Below are positions 53,623-63,336 of a DNA stretch of 64,000 nucleotides, piece by piece (within the stretch, counting starts at the first letter, position 1; the number at the start of each line of letters is the position of its first letter). The notes beneath the pieces are model-generated. The model saw only the letters and a list, made by a program, of their open reading frames with translations. It was not told the DNA's origin and made no database searches. The stretch comes from Burkholderiales bacterium. GTDB lineage: Bacteria; Pseudomonadota; Gammaproteobacteria; Burkholderiales; JACQAP01. The translations under genes and the position numbers were made by a program. The stretch is from NCBI GenBank assembly GCA_035548375.1, contig DASZTG010000021.1, forward strand, positions 66,965 through 130,964. Reading direction: 5' to 3'.

Positions 53623-54393
53623 ATGGCGAGGCTCGCCAACAAAGTGATTGTCATGACCGGCGCCGGCAGCGGCATCGGCCTCGCCGCAACGAAGCTGTTC
53701 GCGGCCGAGGGCGCCAAGCTCATGCTGGCGGGGAGAAACGAGTCCGCGCTGGACGAGGCGGTCAAAACGGCAGGCAAGGGCAACGCTGCCTATGTTGTCA
53801 CGGACGTGTCGCGCCCGGAAGACAACGCGAAACTCATCGAAGCGGCGGTACGCAAATTCGGCGGCATCGACGTATTCGTCGCCAACGCGGGTACCGAAGG
53901 GGCGATGCTGCCCATCGTCGACTACCCTGTCGAGGCCTTCGACGAGGTCATGGCCATCAACGTGCGCGGCGTGTTCCTCGGTTTGAAGTACGCGATCCCC
54001 GCGCTGAAGAAGCGCGGCCGCGGCAGCATCATCATTACGTCGTCGATCGCCGGCATCAAGGCGCGCGGCCAGGGTAACTCCGCTTATGTCGCCAGCAAAC
54101 ACGCCGAGATCGGCCTGATGCGCACCGCGTCCGTCGAATGCGCGCCATTCAACATCCGCGTCAACTGCGTGAACCCGGGGCCCACCGAGACGCGCATGAT
54201 GCACTCCATAGAGGAAGGCCGCTCGCCCGGCGCGCCGGAAAAAGCGCGTGAGACCATCCTCGGCGGCCTGCCGCTGAAGCGTTATGGCACGGCTGACGAG
54301 ATAGCGAACGTCATGCTGTTCCTCGCATCCGACGAATCCAGCATCTGCACCGGCAGCGTGTATGGCGCCGACGGCGGACTGTCCGCAATCTGA
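53623..54393 (+). CDS. Short-chain dehydrogenase/reductase (classical SDR)
   Basis: 256 aa. Carries TGAGSGIG, the NAG motif, and the catalytic AYVASKHA (YxxxK). Confidence 0.9.
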   Translation: MARLANKVIVMTGAGSGIGLAATKLFAAEGAKLMLAGRNESALDEAVKTAGKGNAAYVVTDVSRPEDNAKLIEAAVRKFGGIDVFVANAGTEGAMLPIVDYPVEAFDEVMAINVRGVFLGLKYAIPALKKRGRGSIIITSSIAGIKARGQGNSAYVASKHAEIGLMRTASVECAPFNIRVNCVNPGPTETRMMHSIEEGRSPGAPEKARETILGGLPLKRYGTADEIANVMLFLASDESSICTGSVYGADGGLSAI

Positions 54394-54412
54394 GTATCGC
54401 AACAAGGCAGCC

Positions 54413-56044
54413 ATGAATCCCCCCAAGAGCAAGGCCGGCGACAAACACGATTTCGACGCGCTGGTCATCGGCGCGGGATTCTCGGGCCTGTACCAGCTAC
54501 TCTGCCTGCGCGACAAGCTGAAACTTTCGGTCAAGGTGCTGGAAGCCGGCGCGGGCGTGGGCGGCACCTGGTACTGGAACCGCTACCCGGGCGCCCGCTG
54601 CGACTCCGAGAGCCATTCCTACTGCTACACGTTCTCCGAGGAGCTGTGGAAGGAATGGGAGTGGTCGGAAAAATATCCCGGCCCGCCGGAAATCATGCGT
54701 TACCTGAATCATGTCGCCGACAAGTTCGACCTGAAGCGCGATATTCGCTTCAACACGAAAGTCGAATCGGCGACCTGGGATGATGCGGCCAGCCGCTGGC
54801 GCGTGACGACGGACGCGGGCGAGACGCTCAGCGCGCAATTCCTGATCACCGCCGTGGGCTGCCTCTCGACGGCCAACATCCCCAACATTCCCGGTCTCGA
54901 GAATTTCCGCGGCAAGTGGTATCACACGGGGCAATGGCCGCACGAAGGCGTCGACTTCCGCGGCAAGCGCGTCGGCCAGATCGGCACGGGGTCGACCGGC
55001 ATCCAGGCCGCGCCGGTGATCGCGGAAACCGCCGCGCACCTGACGGTGTTCCAGCGCACGGCGAACTACAGTGTGCCGGCGCGCAACGGCCCGCTGACGC
55101 CGAAGTTCCGCGAATGGATCCGCGACAACATGGGCGAGATCTGCACGACCATGCGCGCCGCCGTCAACGGGCATCCCTTCCTGCTTTCGAAGCAGCGTGT
55201 ATTCGACGTCTCCGCGGAAGAGCGCGAGAAGATCTACGAGAAGGCCTGGGAAACCGGCGGGCTGCGCTTCCGCGCATCCTTCCTGGACCTGGTGACGAAC
55301 AATGAAGGCAATGCGACGGCGGTCGAATTTCTCAAGCGCAAGATCCGCGAGATCGTGAAAGACCCGGAAACGGCGCGAAAGCTTTCCGACATCGACCATC
55401 CGTACGCCGCGAAGCGCCCGCCGATCGACACCGATTACTTCGAGACCTTCAATCGCGAAAATGTCGCGCTGGTCGACGTGCGTGCCGATCCCATCGAGCG
55501 CGTGACGCCGGCCGGGATCAGGCTGAAAAGCGGCGCCGAGCACGCGCTGGACATCATCGTGTTCGCGACCGGCTTCGACGGCATGACCGGGTCGCTCTTG
55601 AAGATCGACATCCGCGGCCGCGACGAGCTGTCACTGAAGCAGGCCTGGGCTGCGGGGCCGCGCAACTATCTCGGCCTGCAGGTTGCGGGTTTTCCGAACC
55701 TGTTCATGGTCACCGGGCCTGGCAGTCCCTCCGTGCTGTGCAACATGCCGGTGGCGATCGAGCAACATGTCGAGTGGATCACCGACTGCATTGCCTACCT
55801 GCGTGGCCACGGCCTGACGCGCATCGAGCCGCAGGAGAAATCGGTGGAAGAGTGGATCGAGAAGGTCAACGCGGCCGCCAATGCGACGGTGCTGCCGCAG
55901 GCGAAGCACTCGTGGTACCTGGGGGCCAACATTCCCGGCAAGCCGCGCGTGTTCATGCCCTACGCCGGCGGCATGGCGCATTACCGGAAGATCTGCGCCG
56001 ACGTGGCCGCCAACGACTACGAAGGATTCAAGCTCACCGCCTGA
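54413..56044 (+). CDS. Type I Baeyer-Villiger monooxygenase (cyclohexanone monooxygenase-like flavoprotein)
   Basis: GAGFSG, GGTWYWNRYPGARCD, the BVMO fingerprint FRGKWYHTGQWP (54905-54940) and a second Rossmann GTGSTG are all present. Confidence 0.9.
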   Translation: MNPPKSKAGDKHDFDALVIGAGFSGLYQLLCLRDKLKLSVKVLEAGAGVGGTWYWNRYPGARCDSESHSYCYTFSEELWKEWEWSEKYPGPPEIMRYLNHVADKFDLKRDIRFNTKVESATWDDAASRWRVTTDAGETLSAQFLITAVGCLSTANIPNIPGLENFRGKWYHTGQWPHEGVDFRGKRVGQIGTGSTGIQAAPVIAETAAHLTVFQRTANYSVPARNGPLTPKFREWIRDNMGEICTTMRAAVNGHPFLLSKQRVFDVSAEEREKIYEKAWETGGLRFRASFLDLVTNNEGNATAVEFLKRKIREIVKDPETARKLSDIDHPYAAKRPPIDTDYFETFNRENVALVDVRADPIERVTPAGIRLKSGAEHALDIIVFATGFDGMTGSLLKIDIRGRDELSLKQAWAAGPRNYLGLQVAGFPNLFMVTGPGSPSVLCNMPVAIEQHVEWITDCIAYLRGHGLTRIEPQEKSVEEWIEKVNAAANATVLPQAKHSWYLGANIPGKPRVFMPYAGGMAHYRKICADVAANDYEGFKLTA

Positions 56045-56069
56045 GCGCGTGCGGGTCGCGTACAGAGCC

Positions 56070-57572
56070 ATGATTCCGCAAACCAGTGACGTCGTGGTGG
56101 TCGGTGCCGGCAACGCCGCCATGTGCGCTGCACTGGCCGCGAGAGAACAGGGCGCGAAGGTCATCGTGCTGGAGCGCGCCCCGGAGGCGGAATCCGGCGG
56201 CAACACGCGCTTCACCGCGGGCGCGATCCGCTTCGCCTATCGCGGCGTCGAGGATCTGCGCGAATTGATGCCCGATCTTGCCGACGAGGAAGTCGCGCGC
56301 ACCGATTTCGGCACCTACGTCGAGGAACAGTTCTTCGACGACATGGCGCGCGTGACCGAGAATCGCGCCGATCCCGACCTCGTCGAGCTTCTGGTCCGGC
56401 GCAGCCGGCCGACCATGATGTGGCTGCGCGGCAAGGGCTTTCGCTTCGTGCCGATCTATGGTCGCCAGGCGTTCAAGGTCGACGGACGCTTCAAGTTCTG
56501 GGGCGGGCTCACCGTGGAAGCCTGGGGCGGCGGGCCCGGGCTCGTCGAGGCGCACAGGAAGGCGGCGGCGGCGAACGGCATCGACGTTTTCTACGGCGCG
56601 CGCGCGATGTCCCTCTTGCACGGCGACCAAGGCGTGTCCGGCCTCAACGTGCGATACCAGGGCAGGACGCAGGCCCTGCGCTGCAAGGCCGTGGTGCTGG
56701 CGGCCGGCGGGTTCGAGTCGAACCCGGAATGGCGAACGCGCTACCTCGGCCCGGGTTGGGATCTGGCAAAGGTGCGCGGCACGCGCTTCAACACCGGCGA
56801 CGGCATCCGCATGGCGCTGGAGGCCGGCGCATCGCCTTGCGGCAACTGGTCCGGCTGCCACGCGGTGGGCTGGGATAGGAATGCGCCGGAATTCGGCGAC
56901 CTCGCGGTCGGGGACGGCTTCCAGAAGCATTCGTATCCGTTCGGCATCATGCTCAACGCCAACGGCGAGCGCTTCGTCGACGAAGGCGCGGATTTCCGCA
57001 ACTACACCTACGCGAAGTACGGCGCGGTCATCCTGCGCCAGCCCGGCCAGTTTGCCTGGCAGGTATTCGACGCGAAGGTGACCCACCTGCTGCGCGACGA
57101 GTATCGAATCCGCCAGGTAACGAAGGTCACGGCGAACACGCTGGAAGAGCTCGTGGCCAGGCTCGACGACGTGAACGGCGCCAACGCGCTGGAAACCATC
57201 AAGGCGTACAACGCCTCTGTTCGTGCGGACGTGGCGTTCAATCCGAACGTCAAGGACGGTCGCTGCACGCGCGGACTGGCTGTGCCCAAATCCAACTGGG
57301 CCAATCACATCGACAAGCCGCCATTCGAGGCTTACGCGGTGTCCTGCGGCATCACGTTCACGTTCGGCGGCCTGCGCATCGATGCGAATGCGCAGGTCAT
57401 CGACACCGAAGGCGCGGCCATTCCGGGACTGTATGCGGCCGGGGAGCTCGTGGGCGGGCTGTTTTATTTCAACTATCCCGGCGGCACGGGCCTGATGTCC
57501 GGCGCGGTGTTCGGGCGCATTGCGGGCAACAGCGCGGGCAGCGTAGCGACTGCCGTTCGAGGCGGGATCTGA
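56070..57572 (+). CDS. FAD-dependent oxidoreductase, fumarate reductase/TcuA-like flavoprotein
   Basis: The N-terminus DVVVVGAGNAAMCAALAAREQGAKVIVLERAPEAESGGNTRFTAG resembles tricarballylate dehydrogenase TcuA-type flavoproteins. The C-terminus carries GLYAAGELVGG. Confidence 0.8.
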   Translation: MIPQTSDVVVVGAGNAAMCAALAAREQGAKVIVLERAPEAESGGNTRFTAGAIRFAYRGVEDLRELMPDLADEEVARTDFGTYVEEQFFDDMARVTENRADPDLVELLVRRSRPTMMWLRGKGFRFVPIYGRQAFKVDGRFKFWGGLTVEAWGGGPGLVEAHRKAAAANGIDVFYGARAMSLLHGDQGVSGLNVRYQGRTQALRCKAVVLAAGGFESNPEWRTRYLGPGWDLAKVRGTRFNTGDGIRMALEAGASPCGNWSGCHAVGWDRNAPEFGDLAVGDGFQKHSYPFGIMLNANGERFVDEGADFRNYTYAKYGAVILRQPGQFAWQVFDAKVTHLLRDEYRIRQVTKVTANTLEELVARLDDVNGANALETIKAYNASVRADVAFNPNVKDGRCTRGLAVPKSNWANHIDKPPFEAYAVSCGITFTFGGLRIDANAQVIDTEGAAIPGLYAAGELVGGLFYFNYPGGTGLMSGAVFGRIAGNSAGSVATAVRGGI

Positions 57573-57657
57573 AGCACTCTCGTCCGACCCCGGCGCCTTG
57601 CGTCGAGGGCGAAGCGCGTAGAATGCGCGTTCCGCGCGCAATCCCTGGGAGACGACG

Positions 57658-58524
57658 ATGATTCCGCAATGGAAGCTGGCGACACGAATCTTGCTGGCGT
57701 TGTTGGTCCTGGCGTGCCAGCACCAGGGCGCTGCCCGCGCGGCCGACGCATCCGGCGTGCAGAAACTGTACGTGCTCAATTGCGGCGAGAACGACACGAA
57801 GGACCTGTCCGCGTGGTCGCCCGGCTTCAACGAAGGAAAGGCCTTCGAGTTCAGCGACAGCTGCTATCTCATCCGGCACGCGAGGGGCTGGATGCTGTGG
57901 GAATCGGGAGTCTCCGACGCGGTTGCGGAAAAGCCGGACGGCGTCGTCGTCGGCAACGGCATGCTGACCCTGCACGTGCCGAAGACGCTGCGTTCGCAAC
58001 TGCACGAGCTCGGCGTCGCCCCATCCGACATCCAGTTCCTCGGCTTCTCGCACTTCCACGGCGACCACGTGGGCAACGCCAACCTGTTCACCTCCGCAAT
58101 CCTGTTCATCCAGCGCCCGGAATACGATGCCGCGTTCGGCCCGGACGCCGCGAAGTTCGGGTTCAACCCGGCGTTCTACGACAAGCTGCGCAACCTGCCG
58201 ACGGTCAAGCTCGACGGCGACTACGATATTTTCGGCGACGGCTCCCTGGTCATCTATTCGACGCCGGGCCATACGCCCGGGCACCAATCGCTGCTGATCC
58301 GGCTGCCGAAAAGCGGGCCGGTGCTGCTCTCCGGCGATGCCGTGCATTTCCAGGAGAACTGGGATAATCGCCGCGTGCCGGCACGCAACTTCAACAGGGA
58401 ACAAAGCCTCGCTTCCATGCAGAAGCTGGCGGACATCCTGGATTGCGAGCATGCGAAGCTGTGGATCAACCACGACAAGGCGAACACGGACACGCTGCCG
58501 CACGCGCCGGATGCAATCGAATGA
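57658..58524 (+). CDS. Secreted MBL-fold lactonase (N-acyl homoserine lactonase family-like)
   Basis: 288 aa with a signal peptide. KLYVLNCGE.., the HFHGDHVGN (HxHxDH) motif and TPGHTPGHQS are present. Confidence 0.8.
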   Translation: MIPQWKLATRILLALLVLACQHQGAARAADASGVQKLYVLNCGENDTKDLSAWSPGFNEGKAFEFSDSCYLIRHARGWMLWESGVSDAVAEKPDGVVVGNGMLTLHVPKTLRSQLHELGVAPSDIQFLGFSHFHGDHVGNANLFTSAILFIQRPEYDAAFGPDAAKFGFNPAFYDKLRNLPTVKLDGDYDIFGDGSLVIYSTPGHTPGHQSLLIRLPKSGPVLLSGDAVHFQENWDNRRVPARNFNREQSLASMQKLADILDCEHAKLWINHDKANTDTLPHAPDAIE

Positions 58525-59393
58525 AGCGGTCGTCTTTTCGCGCGCTATCGTGCGCGCTGCTGCTCTTGCTTGCGTCCGCGGCGGCGCAGGCCGGCATCGT
58601 CGTCGTCCGCGAATTCCATTCGGCCGCGCTGGATCGCGACTGGTCGTATTCGATTTACCTGCCGGATGGCTACGACGCGGCAAACCTGCGTTATCCGGTG
58701 CTCTACCTTTTGCATGGCAACGGCGGCAGCCTTTATAGCTGGGTCAACGAAGGCCGCATCCAGCAGACTGCCGACGCGCTGATCGCCCGCGGCGACATCC
58801 CGCCCTGTTTGATCGTCATGCCGGACGCCGGCACGAGCTGGTATGTCGATCGCAAGGAGAACATGGAAACCGCGGTCATTCATGACCTGATTCCGGATGT
58901 CGAGAATACCTGGAAGGTGCTGCCGAACCGCATGGGCCGGGTGGTGGCGGGCCTGTCGATGGGCGGCTATGGCGCCATGCGCTTCTCGATGAAGTATCCG
59001 GAAATGTTTGCGGCAGCGGCGCTGCTGTCGCCGGCCATCTACAACCCGGAGCCGCCGCCGACGTCCTCCACGCGCCGGATTGGCGTGTTCGGGGCGCCGG
59101 ACTACGACGCCCAAGTGTGGAAGTCGCTCAACTATCCGGCGCTGTGGGACGAGTATCTCGCAAAGAAAATGCCGGTGCCGATGTACATCAATTCCGGCGA
59201 CGACGACGACTACTTCATCGAGGCCGAGGCGACGCAGTTCTACTCCCTGTTGCGCCGGAACAAGCAACCCGCCGAGTTGCGCATCGTCGATGGCGCGCAT
59301 GTCTGGGCGGTGTGGGAAAGCACGATAGGCGATGCGATGAAGTACATGTTCCGGTTTGCGGCGCGCCCGGCCGTCGGCGCCCCGGCGCGCTGA
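58521..59393 (+). CDS. Secreted esterase (esterase D / putative esterase family alpha/beta hydrolase)
   Basis: ATGA overlap with the lactonase stop. Signal peptide ends AAAQA. YPVLYLLHGNGGS and the nucleophile elbow GLSMGGYGA are present. Confidence 0.8.
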   Translation: MKRSSFRALSCALLLLLASAAAQAGIVVVREFHSAALDRDWSYSIYLPDGYDAANLRYPVLYLLHGNGGSLYSWVNEGRIQQTADALIARGDIPPCLIVMPDAGTSWYVDRKENMETAVIHDLIPDVENTWKVLPNRMGRVVAGLSMGGYGAMRFSMKYPEMFAAAALLSPAIYNPEPPPTSSTRRIGVFGAPDYDAQVWKSLNYPALWDEYLAKKMPVPMYINSGDDDDYFIEAEATQFYSLLRRNKQPAELRIVDGAHVWAVWESTIGDAMKYMFRFAARPAVGAPAR

Positions 59394-59427
59394 TTCCGTC
59401 GCACGTACCGCCCCGCGCTACCCCTCG

Positions 59428-59904
59428 ATGCCGCTTGCGATCAATTCCCGCGGCAACCTTTGTCGTGAAATTCCACGCGGCCAATATTTCGCCGCGGCCT
59501 TGTCGTTTGCCGTTGCGGCGCTCGTGCTTGGCGTATGGATCACCCGGGATGCCGGCCCGAGCGCGATCGTGCCGGGCTGGTTTCCGTATTTCGGCTTGAT
59601 GCTGAGCGCGGCCGGCGCGGCCGGATTTCTCTGGCTGGCATTGCGTGGCCAACCGCTCGAAATCGACACGGATCGCGAAGCCCTCGTGCGCGGCTCGAGG
59701 GTCGTTGCCCGGCTTGCGCAGATCGCGCACGTGGAAATCCTCGAAGTGCGCGCGGAAAACCACGAATACTGGCGGGTCCGGCTGCGCCTCGATTCGGGGC
59801 GAACCATCGACTTCGGCGTGCAGTCTTCGCAGGTCGATGCCTCCATGACGGCCGCGCGCATCGCCACGGTCATCGACAGGCCGGTAGAGGTGGTGCGCCG
59901 CTAG
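59428..59904 (+). CDS. Hypothetical protein with two TM segments
   Basis: 158 aa counted from the internal Met. Two hydrophobic helices are followed by a ~85-aa soluble domain. No family is recognised. Confidence 0.4.
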   Translation: MPLAINSRGNLCREIPRGQYFAAALSFAVAALVLGVWITRDAGPSAIVPGWFPYFGLMLSAAGAAGFLWLALRGQPLEIDTDREALVRGSRVVARLAQIAHVEILEVRAENHEYWRVRLRLDSGRTIDFGVQSSQVDASMTAARIATVIDRPVEVVRR

Positions 59905-60034
59905 CCGCCTCACCTCCGGCGGCGGGACTTCGACAGCACTGCCGCATTCCCGATATCATCGCGCCGAACCGGCGGCCGATCGGCGCGTATCGCCGGAGCA
60001 TTCAAGAAAACGCGCAACGACCCCGCCCGATGCC

Positions 60035-61591
60035 ATGCAGATAGACGACATCCTCGCCGAAGATTTCCGCACCCTGCCCGAACTCGTCCGGTTGCATGCC
60101 GCGCACCGGCCGGAACATGTCGCCGTGCGCCAGGACGCACGCGTGCTCGACTATCGTGCGTTCGATGCGTTGCTCGACCGTATTGCGTCGGCGCTGCAGC
60201 GCGACGGCGTGAACCCCCGCGAGGCGATCGCAGTGTGCGCGACCATGTCCGTCGAATATGCCGCCTTGTTCGTCGGTGCGCTGCGCGCCGGCGTCGCGGT
60301 GGCCCCGCTTGCGCCGTCGTCGACCGCCGCAGGCATTGCGACGATGGTTGCCGATGCCGGCGCGCGCCTGTTGTTCGTCGACGCCGGCGTTGCCGCCGCG
60401 CTGCAACCGGTAGGCGACAGGATCGCCGCGAAGTGGATCGCGCTGGACGGCTCGCCCGCCGGAATGCCGTTCGACGCCTGGCTTGCCGTTCCCGGAGCGA
60501 AGCCGCGGGATGTGGCCGCGGGGCCGGAGGATGCGTTCAACCTGATTTATTCCTCCGGCACGACGGGTACGCCCAAGGGCATCGTGCAATCGAACAAGAT
60601 GCGCTGGCGGCAATGGCAGCGCGCTTCGGCCTACGACTACAAACCGGACTCGGTCACCATCGTTTCGACGCCGCTGTATTCCAACACCACGCTGGTGAGC
60701 TTCCTGCCCACGCTCGCGGTCGGCGGCACCGTCGTGCTGATGGCGAAATTCGACGCGCGAAAATTCCTCGAGCTGTCGCAGCAACATCGGGCGACCACGG
60801 CGATGCTGGTGCCGGTGCAGTACGCGCGCATCATGGCGCTGCCGGAATTCGACCGTTACGATCTGTCAAGCTACCGCGCGAAGTTCTGCACGAGCGCGCC
60901 GTTCGCCGCCAACCTGAAGGCCGATATCCTCAAGCGCTGGCCGGGGCGCCTGATCGAGTACTACGGCATGACGGAAGGCGGCGGCACCTGCGTGCTCGAA
61001 GCGAGCAAGTTCCCGGACAAGCTGCATACGGTCGGCATGCCCGCACCCGGACACGACATCCGCCTGGTCGACGACGAAGGCCGCGAGCTTCCGCCGGGTT
61101 CGACTGGCGAAGTCGTCGGATATTCCGAAAGCATCATGAACGGCTATCACAACCAGCCCGCGAAGACCGCGGAGGCCGAGTGGTATGACTCGTCCGGCAA
61201 GCGCTTCATCCGCACCGGCGACATCGGGCGCTTCGACGAAGACGGCTTCCTGATCCTGATGGATCGCAAGAAGGACATGATCATCACCGGCGGCTTCAAC
61301 GTCTATCCAAGCGACCTGGAGGCGGTGCTGCGCGCGCACGCGGATGTGGCGGAAGCCGCCGTCGTCGGCGTGCCCTCCGAGCGCTGGGGCGAGACGCCGG
61401 TCGCCTTCGTCGTGCCGAAGCGCCGGAGTGGCGACCTCGCTACGACGCTGCTGGAATGGACCAACGCGCAACTCGGCAAGACGCAGCGCCTCGCCGCGGT
61501 CGAGCTGGTCGATTCGCTGCCGCGCAGCGCCATCGGCAAGGTGCTCAAGCGCGAGCTGCGCGATAGCTGGCACGCGAAAGAAACTACATAA
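60035..61591 (+). CDS. AMP-dependent acyl-CoA synthetase/ligase
   Basis: 518 aa. The AMP-binding motif LIYSSGTTGTPKGIV, plus YGMTEGGG, GDIGRFDEDGFL and the C-terminal SAIGKVLKREL, are present. Confidence 0.9.
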   Translation: MQIDDILAEDFRTLPELVRLHAAHRPEHVAVRQDARVLDYRAFDALLDRIASALQRDGVNPREAIAVCATMSVEYAALFVGALRAGVAVAPLAPSSTAAGIATMVADAGARLLFVDAGVAAALQPVGDRIAAKWIALDGSPAGMPFDAWLAVPGAKPRDVAAGPEDAFNLIYSSGTTGTPKGIVQSNKMRWRQWQRASAYDYKPDSVTIVSTPLYSNTTLVSFLPTLAVGGTVVLMAKFDARKFLELSQQHRATTAMLVPVQYARIMALPEFDRYDLSSYRAKFCTSAPFAANLKADILKRWPGRLIEYYGMTEGGGTCVLEASKFPDKLHTVGMPAPGHDIRLVDDEGRELPPGSTGEVVGYSESIMNGYHNQPAKTAEAEWYDSSGKRFIRTGDIGRFDEDGFLILMDRKKDMIITGGFNVYPSDLEAVLRAHADVAEAAVVGVPSERWGETPVAFVVPKRRSGDLATTLLEWTNAQLGKTQRLAAVELVDSLPRSAIGKVLKRELRDSWHAKETT

Positions 61592-61628
61592 AACGCAAGG
61601 GTGGTGAAAAAGCAAAGAGGGGATAGCC

Positions 61629-62420
61629 ATGACTGACCAAACCGAAGGTCGCATCACGACGGCGCTTGAGGACGGCGTGTTCCTGATCGGCATCGACAGG
61701 CCCGCGAAGCTGAACGGCTTCACGCCCGCGATGTTGCGCGGCATGGCGCAGGCCTATACGCGCTTCGAGCGCGAGCCGCAGGCGCGTTGTGCGGTGGTGT
61801 ATGCGGAGGGCGCGAACTTCACCGCCGGGCTGGACCTGCCGACGGTCGCGCCGCATCTCGGCGGCAATACGCTGCTGGTGGAAGCGGACGAGATCGATCC
61901 CTTCGAGTCGCGCCCGCCATATCGCACCAAGCCTGTCGTGTTTGCCGTGCACGGCATCTGCTTCACGCTCGGCATCGAGATGATGCTCGCGGCGGACATC
62001 GTCATTGCGGCCCACGGTACGCGCTTTTCCCAGCTCGAGGTCAAGCGCGGGCTCATGCCCACTGGTGGTGCGACGGTGCGCATGGTCGAGCGCGCGGGAT
62101 GGGGCAACGCCATGCGCTACCTGCTGACCGGCGATGAGTTCGACGCGCAAGCTGCGCTGCGCCTGGGCTTCATCCAGGAGATCGTGGAAGCCGGCCGGCA
62201 GAAGGAGCGTGCGATCGAGATCGCCCGCTCGATCGCCGCGCAGGCGCCACTGGCCGTCAGCGCAACCATCGTGAATGCGCGGCTGGCCCTGCGCGACAGC
62301 GTATCGGCGGCACAGTCGCGTTTCGGCGCAACGCAGCGCTCGTTGCTGGCGTCGGACGATTTCCAGGAAGGCCTGCGCAGCTTCAAGGACAAGCGTCCGG
62401 CGAAGTTCGGAGGGAAGTAG
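61629..62420 (+). CDS. Enoyl-CoA hydratase/isomerase (crotonase) family protein
   Basis: 263 aa. GVFLIGIDRPAKLNGF, GANFTAGLDL and FSQLEVKRGLMPTGG are present. Confidence 0.9.
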   Translation: MTDQTEGRITTALEDGVFLIGIDRPAKLNGFTPAMLRGMAQAYTRFEREPQARCAVVYAEGANFTAGLDLPTVAPHLGGNTLLVEADEIDPFESRPPYRTKPVVFAVHGICFTLGIEMMLAADIVIAAHGTRFSQLEVKRGLMPTGGATVRMVERAGWGNAMRYLLTGDEFDAQAALRLGFIQEIVEAGRQKERAIEIARSIAAQAPLAVSATIVNARLALRDSVSAAQSRFGATQRSLLASDDFQEGLRSFKDKRPAKFGGK

Positions 62421-62490
62421 GTCGCGCCGCGCAGCAAACCATCGCATACCGCCGGGAATACGGAAAGAGTCAGGCGTGGGAGCATAGACC

Positions 62491-63333
62491 TTGTCGAGCT
62501 TCGTGATGGCGGCCGTGCTGTTCGGGGCGCTCCTGCATGCGTCCTGGAATGCCTTGCTTCGCTCCGGCAGGGGCGACAAATACCTGGACATCGCGCTGAT
62601 CGTTTGCGGCGGAGGGCTCGTTGCGGGGGCCACGCTGGTTTTCCTGCCGCTGCCCGCATCGGCGAGCTGGCCCTATCTGGTTGCCTCGGCAATCATCCAG
62701 CTTGCCTATTTCTGGCTGCTCGCGGCGGTTTATCGCAAGGCGGACCTGAGCTACGTCTATCCGATGATGCGCGGCGCGGCACCGCTGTTCACCGCACTGG
62801 TCGCCGGCATTTTCGTAGCCGAGCAGCTCGCGGCCGGTACGTGGGCCGGCATCGCCCTGATCGCCGCCGGCATCGCGCTGCTGGCGGCCAGCCAGTGGCG
62901 ATCCGGCCGATTCGATCCCGTACTGCTGTTGATGGCGTTCGGCACTGCCGGACTGATCTGTGCCTACACGGTCATCGACGGCATCGGCACGCGGTTGTCG
63001 GGCAACGCCTTCGCTTACGTGGGCTGGATGATGGCGCTGGACGGCATCGCCATGGCAATCTTCGTGCTCATTCGATTTCGCGACAAGCTGCGTCAACTGG
63101 CCGGGCGCTGGCGCGCCGGCATCGGCGGCGGCTTCTGTGCCTGGGCTTCCTACGGCATCGCGCTATGGGCGATGACGAAGGCACCGATCGCGACGGTGGC
63201 GGCGCTGCGGGAAACGTCGGTGATATTCGCGGCATTCATCGCGGCCGCGTATCTCAAGGAGAAGCTCGATGGTTCGCGCTATGCGGCGGCGGCGCTGGTC
63301 TGCGCGGGCGCGGTGCTGCTGAAGCTTTCCTGA
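62491..63333 (+). CDS. EamA/DMT-family transporter
   Basis: 280 aa with about 10 TM segments. It has the pattern of two repeated EamA halves. TTG start; ATG 62506 is an alternative. Confidence 0.75.
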   Translation: MSSFVMAAVLFGALLHASWNALLRSGRGDKYLDIALIVCGGGLVAGATLVFLPLPASASWPYLVASAIIQLAYFWLLAAVYRKADLSYVYPMMRGAAPLFTALVAGIFVAEQLAAGTWAGIALIAAGIALLAASQWRSGRFDPVLLLMAFGTAGLICAYTVIDGIGTRLSGNAFAYVGWMMALDGIAMAIFVLIRFRDKLRQLAGRWRAGIGGGFCAWASYGIALWAMTKAPIATVAALRETSVIFAAFIAAAYLKEKLDGSRYAAAALVCAGAVLLKLS

Positions 63334-63336
63334 AGA

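Noticed and set aside
57658-58524. Interpreting the MBL-fold protein as a quorum-quenching AHL lactonase system.
   Set aside because: Family resemblance alone does not establish AHL as the substrate. Its position after a BVMO and before an esterase fits a catabolic lactone hydrolase better, and there are no luxI or luxR genes in the window.
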